Below are positions 63,537 through 64,000 of a DNA stretch of 64,000 nucleotides, one piece after another. Positions within the stretch are counted from its first letter, which is position 1; each line of letters opens with the position of its first letter. The stretch spans positions 1 to 64,000 of IMG/VR virus record IMGVR_UViG_3300044712_000810, one strand, 5' to 3'. The position numbers and the translations under genes are program-made. Under the pieces are notes generated by a model, which was not told where the DNA came from, did not search any database, and was given only the letters and a program-made list of their open reading frames with translations.

Positions 63537-63933
63537 TTTTTACTATCTCCGTATAAAACTCATGTGCCAAAGTAATTAGTTTATTAATGCCATAACTATT
63601 ATTGTCGTGATGTATATTAAACTTACAAATATCGATACGTTTAGATTTCAAATTTAAACATTCATATTCATACGTCTTTAAAATATCAAATGGGATTTCA
63701 CCTATTGTTTGATATTTTAAGTTTGGAAAGTTATCTATGTATCCGTATGGACTTGGATAACTTTCAAAAATACGAACGAATTCTTTATTAAATTTACGTT
63801 TAAAAAGAATTACTAGTTCATTGACGATGATTGGCGCGAGATCTCCAACTTTATAGAAATCGTTGTATGGTTCATAAAACTCAAAGAGTTGTTTTAAGAA
63901 ATCCTCATATCTAGCATACTTTTCCATTTGCAA
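63520..63933 (-). CDS. Hypothetical protein
   Basis: 137 aa, overlaps the start of the next - strand gene. Confidence 0.65.
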   Translation of the reverse strand: MQMEKYARYEDFLKQLFEFYEPYNDFYKVGDLAPIIVNELVILFKRKFNKEFVRIFESYPSPYGYIDNFPNLKYQTIGEIPFDILKTYEYECLNLKSKRIDICKFNIHHDNNSYGINKLITLAHEFYTEIVKNGDHN

Positions 63934-64000
63934 TTTATAATCATTGTATTCTAAATATTTTTCAACGGATAAATCATATATAAAGTGTTTAAATATTTTA

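Overview
AT-rich segment of a large (jumbo-type) contractile-tailed dsDNA bacteriophage genome. Bases 1-55.7 kb are almost all on the + strand. They carry a multisubunit RNA polymerase beta-like gene, a T4-like replisome (primase, clamp, clamp loader, UvsW-like helicase, type II topoisomerase A/B, split family-B polymerase, two SSBs), nucleotide and 7-deazaguanine precursor enzymes (QueC, QueD, FolE2, ThyX) and many small accessory cassettes. The cassettes are headed by a 14-copy TCATATAGAAAT motif that usually follows a terminator. From 55.7 kb to the end the genes are on the - strand and structural (tail tube, sheath, capsid-like, baseplate-like). The standout is an RNA-repair locus at about 34.6-46.9 kb. 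A Ro60/TROVE gene is followed directly by ten copies of a covarying non-coding RNA scaffold (NNNAGG-UA ... UUCAACG ... AGU-CCUNNN) with three intact tRNAs between them. Several copies display canonical anticodon loops (Asn, Met, Ala, Trp, possibly Phe and Arg). Three copies enclose circularly permuted tRNA bodies (Leu-like, Ala-like with G3:U70, Trp-like). The array ends in an unannotated DinJ/RelB C-terminal mini-antitoxin ORF, with HNH, RtcB, AAA+ and vWA genes downstream. All protein calls come from motif recognition by eye; no database searches or folding programs were run.
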